56,348 bases of DNA from a virus (taxonomy: Duplodnaviria; Caudoviricetes), in IMG/VR virus record IMGVR_UViG_3300025151_000042, positions 1 to 56,348 of that record; one strand, given 5' to 3'. The first letter of the stretch is position 1, and each line of letters starts with the position of its first letter. The position numbers and the translations under genes were made by a program. Shown one piece after another: positions 38,491-46,857 of this stretch. The notes below the pieces were generated by a model. That model was given only the letters and a program-made list of their open reading frames with translations, had not been told where the DNA came from and ran no database searches.

Positions 38491-38723
38491 TCTTCATCAT
38501 CTCCTATTGGTGGGTCGAGAATTAACTCTATTGAGTTTTCTCCATCATAAACAATACCAACTACTTTACTATCGGAAATGTTTTCGACTCTTTCTATTGC
38601 TTGTTTTAATTGTGGACATCTAACATAATATCCGCTACTTCTTGCGGCATTTACTTTTACGTCAATAAAAACTCTCTCTTCAACTATACCATTACAATTC
38701 CACTCTTCTTCTTCTCCAATCAT
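38487..38723 (-). CDS. hypothetical protein
   Basis: Coupled ORF. Confidence 0.55.
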   Translation of the reverse strand: MIGEEEEWNCNGIVEERVFIDVKVNAARSSGYYVRCPQLKQAIERVENISDSKVVGIVYDGENSIELILDPPIGDDEE

Positions 38724-38724
38724 A

Positions 38725-39276
38725 TTATTCTAACCCCACATATTTGTAACTTTGCCACCAATGAGGTACACTACGGCCATCCCATCGAGCAAACTCTTTA
38801 CTATGATAATAACGCCTGTAAGCGGCTACTGCTGCCTCGGCATCAGCATGATAAATAATCTCTTCACCGTCTACATTTTCCGGTCTATACTCATCGGGCA
38901 TAGCAAGAGCGAAATATGTAAGGTCGCCTTCGGGAATTAGTTTTCCCATAAAATAAAGATGGCGAATACCTGCTTCACAAAAATGTATTTTGTTATACTT
39001 GTTTGTATATTCTTTACATATCTCTAGGGCATGTCTTACAGTCCAAATATAGTTGGCTCTACTATCACCTACCCATCGAGTACAAGGATGATTATGGTAG
39101 CCACCTTTGAGGGGTGTACCTTTTTTAGTAAGTGGCATCATGTCGGGCGTTGCACCGTGTCTAATGACACTACTACCTAGCATTTGTAACATCTCTACAC
39201 ACATCTTAGGTAGATGTTTATTGCAGTAATCTCTTGCTGCTAATTCGGGGTTTTCGTTTAGTACAAATATGTTCAT
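38725..39276 (-). CDS. pyrimidine-dimer DNA glycosylase (T4 endonuclease V family)
   Basis: MNIFVL...KHLPKMCVE, HNHPCTRW, EYT.KY.KIH, AMPDEY and AYRRYY. Confidence 0.85.
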   Translation of the reverse strand: MNIFVLNENPELAARDYCNKHLPKMCVEMLQMLGSSVIRHGATPDMMPLTKKGTPLKGGYHNHPCTRWVGDSRANYIWTVRHALEICKEYTNKYNKIHFCEAGIRHLYFMGKLIPEGDLTYFALAMPDEYRPENVDGEEIIYHADAEAAVAAYRRYYHSKEFARWDGRSVPHWWQSYKYVGLE

Positions 39277-39277
39277 G

Positions 39278-39502
39278 TTACTCCGACCCCGCCTTTACTA
39301 TTAACCTTTTCTCTTGTCGAATCTCTTCTAATTCTTCTAACATTTTTCTAGTATGTAGTAAAAATGTATTCCACGTATTTTCATCATGAATACTACTTTT
39401 ACCTAAAACATAACTATAATAATTATCAGAAATTATTTTATCTTTTAATTGTCCCCAAAATAATATATCATCTATAGTTTCTTTTTCCTTAATAATACTC
39501 AT
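39278..39502 (-). CDS. hypothetical protein
   Basis: GAGGTGA SD. Confidence 0.55.
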   Translation of the reverse strand: MSIIKEKETIDDILFWGQLKDKIISDNYYSYVLGKSSIHDENTWNTFLLHTRKMLEELEEIRQEKRLIVKAGSE

Positions 39503-39827
39503 TCAATCACCTCTACAAAATCATTCAATATTGTCACTATTGCTTTTTGTTGTTTATCTGTTGTTTGTCGTTCATAACGATAATGTTGTAATATACCCCA
39601 CATCATATGATAATCTACTTCGCTAATTACTTGCCCTGTTGATTTACTTCTATAACTCATACAATCACCTCGACACATCCTTCCTCTTTAAAACTTCCTA
39701 CTCCACATTCTCTATTGTGTTTCTCGACCCACCACTTTATATCTTTAAGATAAAAGAAACTACTTAGTTCTCCACATTCGGGACAGGTCAAAAATCTTTT
39801 TTTGTACCTCAATAGTTCAATCTTCAT

Positions 39828-40151
39828 CTAAAAATCCCTCACTAGTATTGAATCATCATCTAAAACGATGTGGTAAGTGTTATCTTCTAGGTACTCGATT
39901 GTTTCCTCTTGAGTAATACTACTCTCGCCTAAGTAAGCATCTCTTACTTCATATATACCACCCATGTATTGAGTCCACTCGCAGCAAATACCTACAACAT
40001 CTAATTCATAATTTTCTAATTCATCATAATAATCGAATAAAGCCACTATTGCTTTTTCGGTAAAATTACCATGCGTCTCACTAGTTTTCAATCGCCCGTA
40101 TTTTCTAAATGCGTCTATCATTCCGTATTTTCCTATTCTTGTGTATATCAT
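39828..40151 (-). CDS. acidic phage hypothetical protein
   Basis: DAFRKYGR...NFT...ALFDYY...ELDVVGICCEWTQY; start at the ATGA overlap. Confidence 0.6.
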   Translation of the reverse strand: MIYTRIGKYGMIDAFRKYGRLKTSETHGNFTEKAIVALFDYYDELENYELDVVGICCEWTQYMGGIYEVRDAYLGESSITQEETIEYLEDNTYHIVLDDDSILVRDF

Positions 40152-40255
40152 TCTTCTTCTCCCCCTGTAAATCTTTTTCCGCATAACCTACAATTGTGTT
40201 CACCTAAAACTCTAGGGCAGCCGGATTCTTTGCATGACATTTTATTGTATCTCAT
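40148..40255 (-). CDS. Zn-finger micro-protein (35 aa), not in ORF track
   Basis: MRYNKMSCKESGC...CRLCGKRFTGGEEE*; preceded by a TATA/GGAGTCGGAGT element. Confidence 0.55.
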   Translation of the reverse strand: MRYNKMSCKESGCPRVLGEHNCRLCGKRFTGGEEE

Positions 40256-40295
40256 GGTACTCCGACTCCGACTTTACTATTAAGGTTATTGTATT

Positions 40296-40516
40296 GTAAC
40301 TCTCATTTTGTTGGCTTATCCGACTTGTTAATGCTTTATGATTTATACGAGAGCCGTCTACCATGTATTACCATGTCGGTTCGTTGCATATCGGTTACGG
40401 TTTTGGGCTACCACCGTTTATGTAGCCTCGCCAACTTATTCCTGTTGGTCGGCATGGGTGCGAATTACCCAACATTAGGATGTCCTACGCTGACATCACC
40501 GACAGGAATGAGTTAC
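40296..40516. ncRNA. candidate structured non-coding RNA (~220 nt)
   Basis: Nested complementary segments closing the whole intergenic region, plus an H-type pseudoknot; no credible ORF. Confidence 0.45.
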
Positions 40517-40527
40517 TTTTACCGTAT

Positions 40528-41505
40528 TTATAGGTACTCTCCTACTAAGGACTCCCATGCCTTAGATTTCATTCTTGAGCCTGTACCAATGATTGCCGAT
40601 TCGACTCTCTTGTCGTTTTGTTTCTCACCTTTGCGGTCATATGTCCACTCATGGTCTAGGTAGTAAGTTACTGTATTGAAAGCAGCGAAAGCACTAGAAC
40701 CGTTACCGTTGTGGTTGTTGGTAGGATGTGCCTCTACTTCTAGTAATCTCTCTAATGTGTTATTACCTCTTGTAGTCAATCCTAGAGGGTTAGTTGCATC
40801 AACTAACTCTTCATTTTGTTTTATCCCAAAAGTATCTAGGTAGAAAGAAACTCTATCTTCTTGAGTCATCTCAATGTTGACTAATTCTTGTGCATCTAAT
40901 ACGAATTGTTGGTTGAGCATATCTACAACTTTCAATGCCTCTACTAATTCAGCAACTCTTTCTTCTTGCTTTGCTGAGTGGCGTATTACTAATTTCTTAG
41001 GGTCGATACCTGCTCTCTTGATACCCGCCATTAGATGGCTGAATTGGTTAGAGCATCCAATAATTACGTTGCTAGGAATTACTCTAATTCCACCGCTACC
41101 GTCATGTGTATTTGTAAGGTAAATGTATTGGTCTACATCATCCCATCCACTAATTGTAAATCCTTCCGGCAATTTGAAAGAAGCGAATAATTTCTCTCCT
41201 TCACCAATCATACCTATCTTATCCCAGTCAATTTCTCCACGTTCTACTAATTCGTTAGCAATGCCTAATAGCCTATCATTCTGCATTGGTACATACGTTT
41301 TACCGACAACACCTAGTGTTGTGTCGTTATCTGTTCTAAAGACTCGATTAAACTTAGACCTAATCGGTTTACCTTTAGAGGTATATAGTGGCTCAATAGC
41401 CACATCGAAGTTAAGTCCGGCGTTAGCCAAGACTTCTTCGGCAGTCGTTCCTTGTGCGTCATTTCCAAATCGGGCAATTGCCCCTAATGTGTTTTTCATA
41501 CTCAT
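40528..41505 (-). CDS. DUF932 (TIGR03299-like) phage/plasmid protein
   Basis: AGLNFDV, LGVVGKTYVPMQN, TNTHDGSG, GCSNQ, IRHS and AFNTVT. Confidence 0.85.
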   Translation of the reverse strand: MSMKNTLGAIARFGNDAQGTTAEEVLANAGLNFDVAIEPLYTSKGKPIRSKFNRVFRTDNDTTLGVVGKTYVPMQNDRLLGIANELVERGEIDWDKIGMIGEGEKLFASFKLPEGFTISGWDDVDQYIYLTNTHDGSGGIRVIPSNVIIGCSNQFSHLMAGIKRAGIDPKKLVIRHSAKQEERVAELVEALKVVDMLNQQFVLDAQELVNIEMTQEDRVSFYLDTFGIKQNEELVDATNPLGLTTRGNNTLERLLEVEAHPTNNHNGNGSSAFAAFNTVTYYLDHEWTYDRKGEKQNDKRVESAIIGTGSRMKSKAWESLVGEYL

Positions 41506-41636
41506 TTTATTGTCCTCCCTTCTTGTTGGGTGAATTGTGGGACAGGGCTTCTACTATTAAACCTGTCGTTGTATATTTCTCCTTAGCATAGTTAGTTTTA
41601 GCCTTAATTAAAGGTGCATTTGGGTCGTACATCTAT

Positions 41637-41888
41637 TCACTCCCCATTCCTTGCATATGATACATATGTAAACCATCGACCATCAGTCATCTTTACAGCC
41701 CTTGCTCTCCTATTCTCAAGAGTTCTCTGAAAGTATGCTTCATTCATAGCCATAGCCTTCCCTTTAGGGCTTGCTTCATATCCATTCACAGCATAGTAAA
41801 CTATGTCGTTAAAATCTAAATCCTTAGCGTGTTGAGTCCAAGAACCATCTCGGCTCTGTTCGTAGTAATAGGTGCGGTCATCGTTCAT
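41637..41888 (-). CDS. hypothetical protein
   Basis: Start taken at MNDDRT. Confidence 0.5.
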   Translation of the reverse strand: MNDDRTYYYEQSRDGSWTQHAKDLDFNDIVYYAVNGYEASPKGKAMAMNEAYFQRTLENRRARAVKMTDGRWFTYVSYARNGE

Positions 41889-42342
41889 TCTAAAACCACT
41901 TCCATAAAACATAACTAAAACAGTTGTCATATTCTTTACTAGATATGACTCCTTGTCCCATCAAACGATGGTACTTCTTCGTGTCGTTTACAAATCCTGT
42001 TACTGAGGGGTGTTCGCTGCTCATTAAACTGTGAGACGAGGGTACAGTACTTATACTTATGGGAAAACCAACCTCAATTGATGGGGTTATTATTATGATT
42101 AAAATAAGTCGCCTATGTGAATACCGCATAAGACCTCAATTGAAGCCTCTGAGGGAATATATACATAAAAAGATTACTATCTAAGCATCAGAGTCGCCAA
42201 AAGGTAAAATCGCTGATTGACTTGGGCGTATAATAGAGATGGAATCGCATTTACTTTAATCATAAAACAAAACTACCTTTACGATTATTCAATAAAATAC
42301 CACAATTAAATACCACAATTAGAAAGAGAGATGACCTGTTCG

Positions 42343-42622
42343 CAAAGATTATAAACCCCCATCCCGTCTTAGACACATATTATAATCGGGATAGCGGATG
42401 TTTAAGAGTCCACCCCGTGTCTGAGATGAGATGTCGGTATATATACTTTGTTATATTACAATCACAAATTAAGTGAGACTGCTACACCCATAAGTATATA
42501 AGCGGTTTTGGATTTGGATTTTAGGCACGTTTTTTGTTTTTGTATGTGTACACTTGTGTGTGTGATTCGGATTTTAGAAGTCCAGCCCGCTTTTGAGATG
42601 AGATGGGGGCTTATAATCTTTT
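42343..42622. promoter_or_regulatory. cluster of archaeal BRE/TATA-like motifs in both orientations
   Basis: CAAAGATTATAAACCCCCATCCCGTCTTAGACAC (+, 42343-42376), an inverted near-copy at 42417-42450 and a third copy on - at 42595-42622. Confidence 0.6.
42510..42559 (+). repeat. cassette boundary element, copy 1
   Basis: GGATTTGGATT at 42510; ACACTTGTGT at 42550. Confidence 0.8.
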
Positions 42623-42730
42623 GGATTTTGGATTCTCGGATTTTTTTGGATTTTCTTTTTTTTATGATTTTTTGATGGATTTCCGAAGTAATTTCAAGGT
42701 ATTATATAAAATAGAAAACTTCTTAAGGGG

Positions 42731-43249
42731 ATGCTTCTTAGAGGGGTCGTGGAGATAGACGGCACATATTTAATGCATAATAACAAACGCGTCTCGTTTA
42801 CCGAGGGGTTTCAAGTGGGGGTCTACTTAGAACGACCTACATTCTTCTTATTTCAAGAAGTTCAGGCATATGTCATCAGATTGATGGACATTGACGACCA
42901 AATTGAAGTCATTGGAAATATATTCAGCATGGCAGAATATGAAATCATGAACTCGATTCAATCCGGCCACCCAATATATGAGGATTTGAAAATGACAGCA
43001 TCACAATTTGACGATATGTGGGCAGTAAGTAGAAATGCAATTGACCTTAATAATTTCCTTCCTACCGTGTTCGGATGGTCAGACAGAATAAATATATTCG
43101 GTGGAATATGGGAAGATGATGAAGGACAGATTCACGTTGATGCTTCAACATGGGTTCAAGATTTAGACGAGGCTCTAGCACTAGCAAAGAAATATAATCA
43201 ACTATCAATATTTGATTGGTCAACGGGGGTATGCATAGACGTAAATTAA
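42731..43249 (+). CDS. hypothetical protein (cassette gene)
   Basis: C-terminal GIWED...HVDAS...EALALAKKYNQLSIFDW resembles a common phage family; start uncertain. Confidence 0.65.
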   Translation: MLLRGVVEIDGTYLMHNNKRVSFTEGFQVGVYLERPTFFLFQEVQAYVIRLMDIDDQIEVIGNIFSMAEYEIMNSIQSGHPIYEDLKMTASQFDDMWAVSRNAIDLNNFLPTVFGWSDRINIFGGIWEDDEGQIHVDASTWVQDLDEALALAKKYNQLSIFDWSTGVCIDVN

Positions 43250-43263
43250 AGAAAAAAATAAAC

Positions 43264-43347
43264 GGGGGGGCTTCGGCCTCCCCAAAAAATAATTTTGGAT
43301 TTGGATTCAGAGCGTACGCTTTGTCTTTTGTATATATACACATGTGT
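43264..43347 (+). repeat. cassette boundary element, copy 2
   Basis: C(TTCG)G hairpin at 43264-43283; GGATTTGGATT at 43297; ACACATGTGT at 43338. Confidence 0.85.
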
Positions 43348-43517
43348 GTGATTTTGGATTTCGGATTTTAGATTCTTTTTGCATTTTTTGATTTTGAACT
43401 TTTTTGGATTTTTGGATTTTTAACTTTTTTGCTTTTTTTGCCCTGACTTTAGCCGGAAAAATAAATGTGAGATGAGGTGAACAATAAGTATATATACCGG
43501 CATGCAGTCCGAGGTAT

Positions 43518-43679
43518 ATGAGCGAAGAAATAACCGGCTTAGAAAACCTACGTGAATTATACGTAGATGAATATAGAGGCATGACAAGAGATGAGTTGAT
43601 TGATGAAATCCAAAGACTGAAAAATAAATTGGGAAGGATTTGTAATAAACATGAATTATGGGAAGAGTGGCCTTTATGA
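43518..43679 (+). CDS. small protein (53 aa), not in ORF track
   Basis: GAGGT SD, AAGTATATATAC TATA upstream; MSEEITGLENLREL... Confidence 0.65.
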   Translation: MSEEITGLENLRELYVDEYRGMTRDELIDEIQRLKNKLGRICNKHELWEEWPL

Positions 43680-43779
43680 AAACAAGAGTTATGAAAATTA
43701 ATGGACAAGATGTATTTATGGATAGGATAGATATGGATATTGAGATAAGAAGGATTAAAAAATTATTAGAGGTGATTGA

Positions 43780-44076
43780 ATGAGTATGTCAAGAAGTGAT
43801 TACGAAATGATAGTTGAATGCCTAACATCAGTACCTAAAGATAGTATATTAGATAAAAATACCCAACATTTTTATTATCATATTGTTAGTAATTTTATAC
43901 AACATTTATCAGCCGATAATAATAGATTTGATAGAAATAAGTTTTTAGATGCTTTAGATGATAATGGATGGAATAGAATAGATAGATGGAACTTACCTAT
44001 CTATCAGAGAGAAAGATTAAACAGAACTGTTGATAGTTGTTTTAGAGCATTACAGAGGAGAGAGGAAGAGGAATAA
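43780..44076 (+). CDS. hypothetical protein
   Basis: MSRSDYEMI...DNNRFDRNKF, a common small phage family; GAGGTGA SD. Confidence 0.7.
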   Translation: MSMSRSDYEMIVECLTSVPKDSILDKNTQHFYYHIVSNFIQHLSADNNRFDRNKFLDALDDNGWNRIDRWNLPIYQRERLNRTVDSCFRALQRREEEE

Positions 44077-44313
44077 GTATATATACTAAAACCTATACGT
44101 ATGTGTGTCCGCACCCGGCGGGCAGCCGAACGGCAACACAAAATTAAGGAGACAAAAATATGATAAAAATACTGAATGACAATAAAATAAATACAGAATG
44201 TACTTGTAAAAAACCTACAAAAGAACATTTTATTTGTAAGGAATAGAACTAGAGAGGCGGAGGAATAAGTATATATACTGAACCCTGCTAGCATTAATCG
44301 GAGGTACAAAGAA

Positions 44314-44505
44314 ATGAGTGATACAAAAAAAATAATTACGCTTGATATAGAGCCAAGATGGATTGATTTAGCACCATACTTTATTGACTTGTTAGAGGAC
44401 AATAGAGCAGATGAAAAAGCAAAAGAATTGGCAAGAAGTAATATCATGCAAATGGCAAAAGCATTGACACATTTTAGAAGAATACAAAAACAAGAAGAAG
44501 AATAA
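44314..44505 (+). CDS. hypothetical protein (cassette gene)
   Basis: TATA box and GGAGGT SD. Confidence 0.7.
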   Translation: MSDTKKIITLDIEPRWIDLAPYFIDLLEDNRADEKAKELARSNIMQMAKALTHFRRIQKQEEE

Positions 44506-44528
44506 TTAAGTTGCCACCATATTATGTT

Positions 44529-44613
44529 GAGGTGGGGTTGCTGCAACAGCCCCCCTCTTCATATTTGGGTTTTTCATTATTCTTTTTTCTTTCTTAATAC
44601 TACACACTAGTGT
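44529..44613 (+). repeat. cassette boundary element, copy 3 (degenerate)
   Basis: Hairpin; ATATTTGGGTT at 44561; ACACTAGTGT at 44604. Confidence 0.75.
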
Positions 44614-44761
44614 TCCCCCTTCGGCTTATCCTAATCATACTCAACGTACCACAGTAAGCCTATAAAGGTTGCGTTCTACGAACCTCTTCATCATATCAAG
44701 ATTGCTTAACCGAAGGGTATATATACTGACCCCTAGTAGCATCAAATGGAGGTACAAAGAC

Positions 44762-44950
44762 ATGGAATATGGTAAGGTAATTGAAGTCCTAAAATACAGA
44801 CATGATAATGGGTTGTTAGAAAGCGACCTAGATTTCATAGTTGGGGCTATGGCTGTTCTTGATGAACTAGATATAGAAGTCCCTGTATTATGGCAAGTAA
44901 ATGCTATGTGTGGTCGTTTAGACCGATTGTATATAGAAGAAGAAGAATGA
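44762..44950 (+). CDS. hypothetical protein (cassette gene)
   Basis: TATA box and GGAGGT SD before ATG 44762 (MEYGKV). Confidence 0.7.
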   Translation: MEYGKVIEVLKYRHDNGLLESDLDFIVGAMAVLDELDIEVPVLWQVNAMCGRLDRLYIEEEE

Positions 44951-44974
44951 ACTCAAAATAAATGAGACGCAAAA

Positions 44975-45058
44975 ACTAGGGGGGTATATACCCCCTAGTA
45001 TAAAAAATTGGATTTGGATTTTGGAATTACTTTTTGTTTTCTTTTTTTTACACACTAG
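44975..45058 (+). repeat. cassette boundary element, copy 4
   Basis: ACTAGGGGG/CCCCCTAGT hairpin; GGATTTGGATT at 45010; ACACTAG at 45052. Confidence 0.85.
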
Positions 45059-45231
45059 GGAGAATGTTACTAGTCCCCCTAAATAGGCCATCGGGGGGCT
45101 ATGATATGAGATGTACGCTTATAGTCTTTTCGTTCTACGAACCTCTTCATATTATCAAGATTGTACTATCAAAAGCCTTAAGTACTATCATCATGTCCGT
45201 CAAATTGTAGAGATACGGGAGGTTAAAAAAC

Positions 45232-45483
45232 ATGGTTGATTACGTAGATAATTGTCAAATGTACTGGGGAATCATCACTTACAAAAGTGGTATTACCGAG
45301 GCCATTATAGCAACATCGGAAGAAGCATATTATGGATATGAGTTGTTCTACGAAGGAAGTAGAGTATCTATGCCTAATTATGGCTATCTAGACAGTCTAA
45401 TTGACTTCGATACTGAAATGCTATCAGAGATAAATTATGCAAGAGAAGAAGAAGATAGACAGAAAAAAGAAATGCAAGAGTAA
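45232..45483 (+). CDS. hypothetical protein (cassette gene)
   Basis: GGAGGT SD. Confidence 0.7.
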   Translation: MVDYVDNCQMYWGIITYKSGITEAIIATSEEAYYGYELFYEGSRVSMPNYGYLDSLIDFDTEMLSEINYAREEEDRQKKEMQE

Positions 45484-45508
45484 AATATTCTTGACAGAAT
45501 GACATAAA

Positions 45509-45621
45509 ACCCCTGCCTCTATATGGGGCAGGGGTCAAAAAATAATTGGATTTGGATTTCGACTGACTTTTCTTTTTTTGTAAAATACACACTAGTGTTT
45601 AATAATAATTGGATTTGGATT
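45509..45621 (+). repeat. cassette boundary element, copy 5
   Basis: CCCCTGCC/GGCAGGGG hairpin; GGATTTGGATT at 45548 and 45611; ACACTAGTGT at 45589. Confidence 0.85.
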
Positions 45622-45772
45622 CTAATAGGCTTTTTCTTTTTCTTTTTTTCTTGAACTTCTTGATTAGATATATGATAATATTAAGAGAAAAATAAGAGAA
45701 TGTCACTTCTATACCTTTAAGTAGTATGAAAAATTGGCATCAATTGTGAAAAAAACACGGAAGGGGGGTGAA

Positions 45773-46117
45773 ATGAAATTGACAAGTGAAAAAACTGATT
45801 TGGAAATTGATGTTAGTATTCAAAAGCAAATTAAGTATATCAAAGAAAATAGGCAAGATGGTTTGCCTACTTTCGATGACATCTTTGTTGTTACTAGATA
45901 CCTAGACCATAGATACAGAAACAGGTTGGCTCTCAACTTTATGTGGTTGATAGAAGATGCCGGCTATGGAGACTCTGTTGAAAGAGAACTATGTAATCTA
46001 GTGGTTAACTATGGTAGGGATGAAACAGACCTCAAAGCAAGGCTTTGGGAGATGAACTTTGGTACATATGCCAAAATGCATTCCTATAATGGTTGGCCTT
46101 TGATGAAACATCGGTAA
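45773..46117 (+). CDS. hypothetical protein (cassette gene)
   Basis: GGGGTGA SD before MKLTSEK. Confidence 0.7.
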   Translation: MKLTSEKTDLEIDVSIQKQIKYIKENRQDGLPTFDDIFVVTRYLDHRYRNRLALNFMWLIEDAGYGDSVERELCNLVVNYGRDETDLKARLWEMNFGTYAKMHSYNGWPLMKHR

Positions 46118-46161
46118 TCATCAGAGATGGTCTTACACATCTCAACGTCGGATGACAAAAA

Positions 46162-46249
46162 AGTCGGGGGGGAAATCTCCCCCGACTAAAAAAAATTGGA
46201 TTTGGATTTTGGGATTGCTTTTCTTTTTTATTTTTTTACACACTAGTGT
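46162..46249 (+). repeat. cassette boundary element, copy 6
   Basis: AGTCGGGGG/CCCCCGACT hairpin; GGATTTGGATT at 46198; ACACTAGTGT at 46240. Confidence 0.85.
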
Positions 46250-46347
46250 TAATTATGATAGACAAAATGATGGAAATCTCACAAACAAAAGGGTTATATA
46301 CTGACACTAGTTCCGATAAATTGTAGAGATACGGGAGGTAAAAACAT

Positions 46348-46635
46348 ATGGACATTGAAACAAAACTGAAAAACTTGTTAATATCAAAAAGAAATCTTGA
46401 TAATATGACTAAAACACAAAATGAAGATTTAGAAGAAGATGCATTCAGATTATATCATGATATTGGCAATGAACTAAATGATTTAGTAATGGAAGCACTA
46501 GCAACAATATTCAATAATTATTATGATGTTTTAGTAAGTGATACATTCAGACCACATTATGATTCACATGCATTTTATGGTAATCATGTTGACGTAGATG
46601 AAATGATTGAAATATTAATTAATTATTGGAAATAA
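46348..46635 (+). CDS. hypothetical protein (cassette gene)
   Basis: TTATATA box and GGAGGT SD. Confidence 0.7.
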   Translation: MDIETKLKNLLISKRNLDNMTKTQNEDLEEDAFRLYHDIGNELNDLVMEALATIFNNYYDVLVSDTFRPHYDSHAFYGNHVDVDEMIEILINYWK

Positions 46636-46663
46636 ATCATTAATTCAAGGAATTACATAAAAT

Positions 46664-46725
46664 CCTTTGGGAATCCGATTTGGATTCTCAAAGGGCATCT
46701 TTTTTTGTCAAAAACACACTAGTGT
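46664..46725 (+). repeat. cassette boundary element, copy 7
   Basis: Hairpin overlapping CGATTTGGATT at 46676; ACACTAGTGT at 46716. Confidence 0.8.
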
Positions 46726-46857
46726 TTAATAATTGGATTTTTGGATTTTGGATTTTGCATCCTTTTCTTTTTTTCTTTTTTTCTTCTTAGGGGCGCAGGA
46801 TTGATGCTAGATTTGCTAGGCAGCAGGTTTATATTCTGATATGGTGTCTCAAGCATC

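Noticed and set aside
40351-40382. Group II intron domain V (GAGCCG...CGGTTC)
   Set aside because: The inner stem, GNRA loop and bulge do not fit; no other intron domains or RT gene.
16792-41533. + strand ORFs within the replication and accessory operons (e.g. 19927..20406, 21597..22286, 40289..40663)
   Set aside because: Antisense to clearly identifiable genes or spanning non-coding structure; implausible composition.
42295-42320. AAATACCACAATT tandem pair as an iteron array
   Set aside because: Only two copies and not seen elsewhere; insufficient support.
43307-43708. Lys-rich - strand ORFs (also 43062..43343, 45374..45592, 46719..46973, 44004..44546)
   Set aside because: They are translations of the GGATTT/T-tract repeats or antisense shadows of + strand genes that have SD and TATA support.
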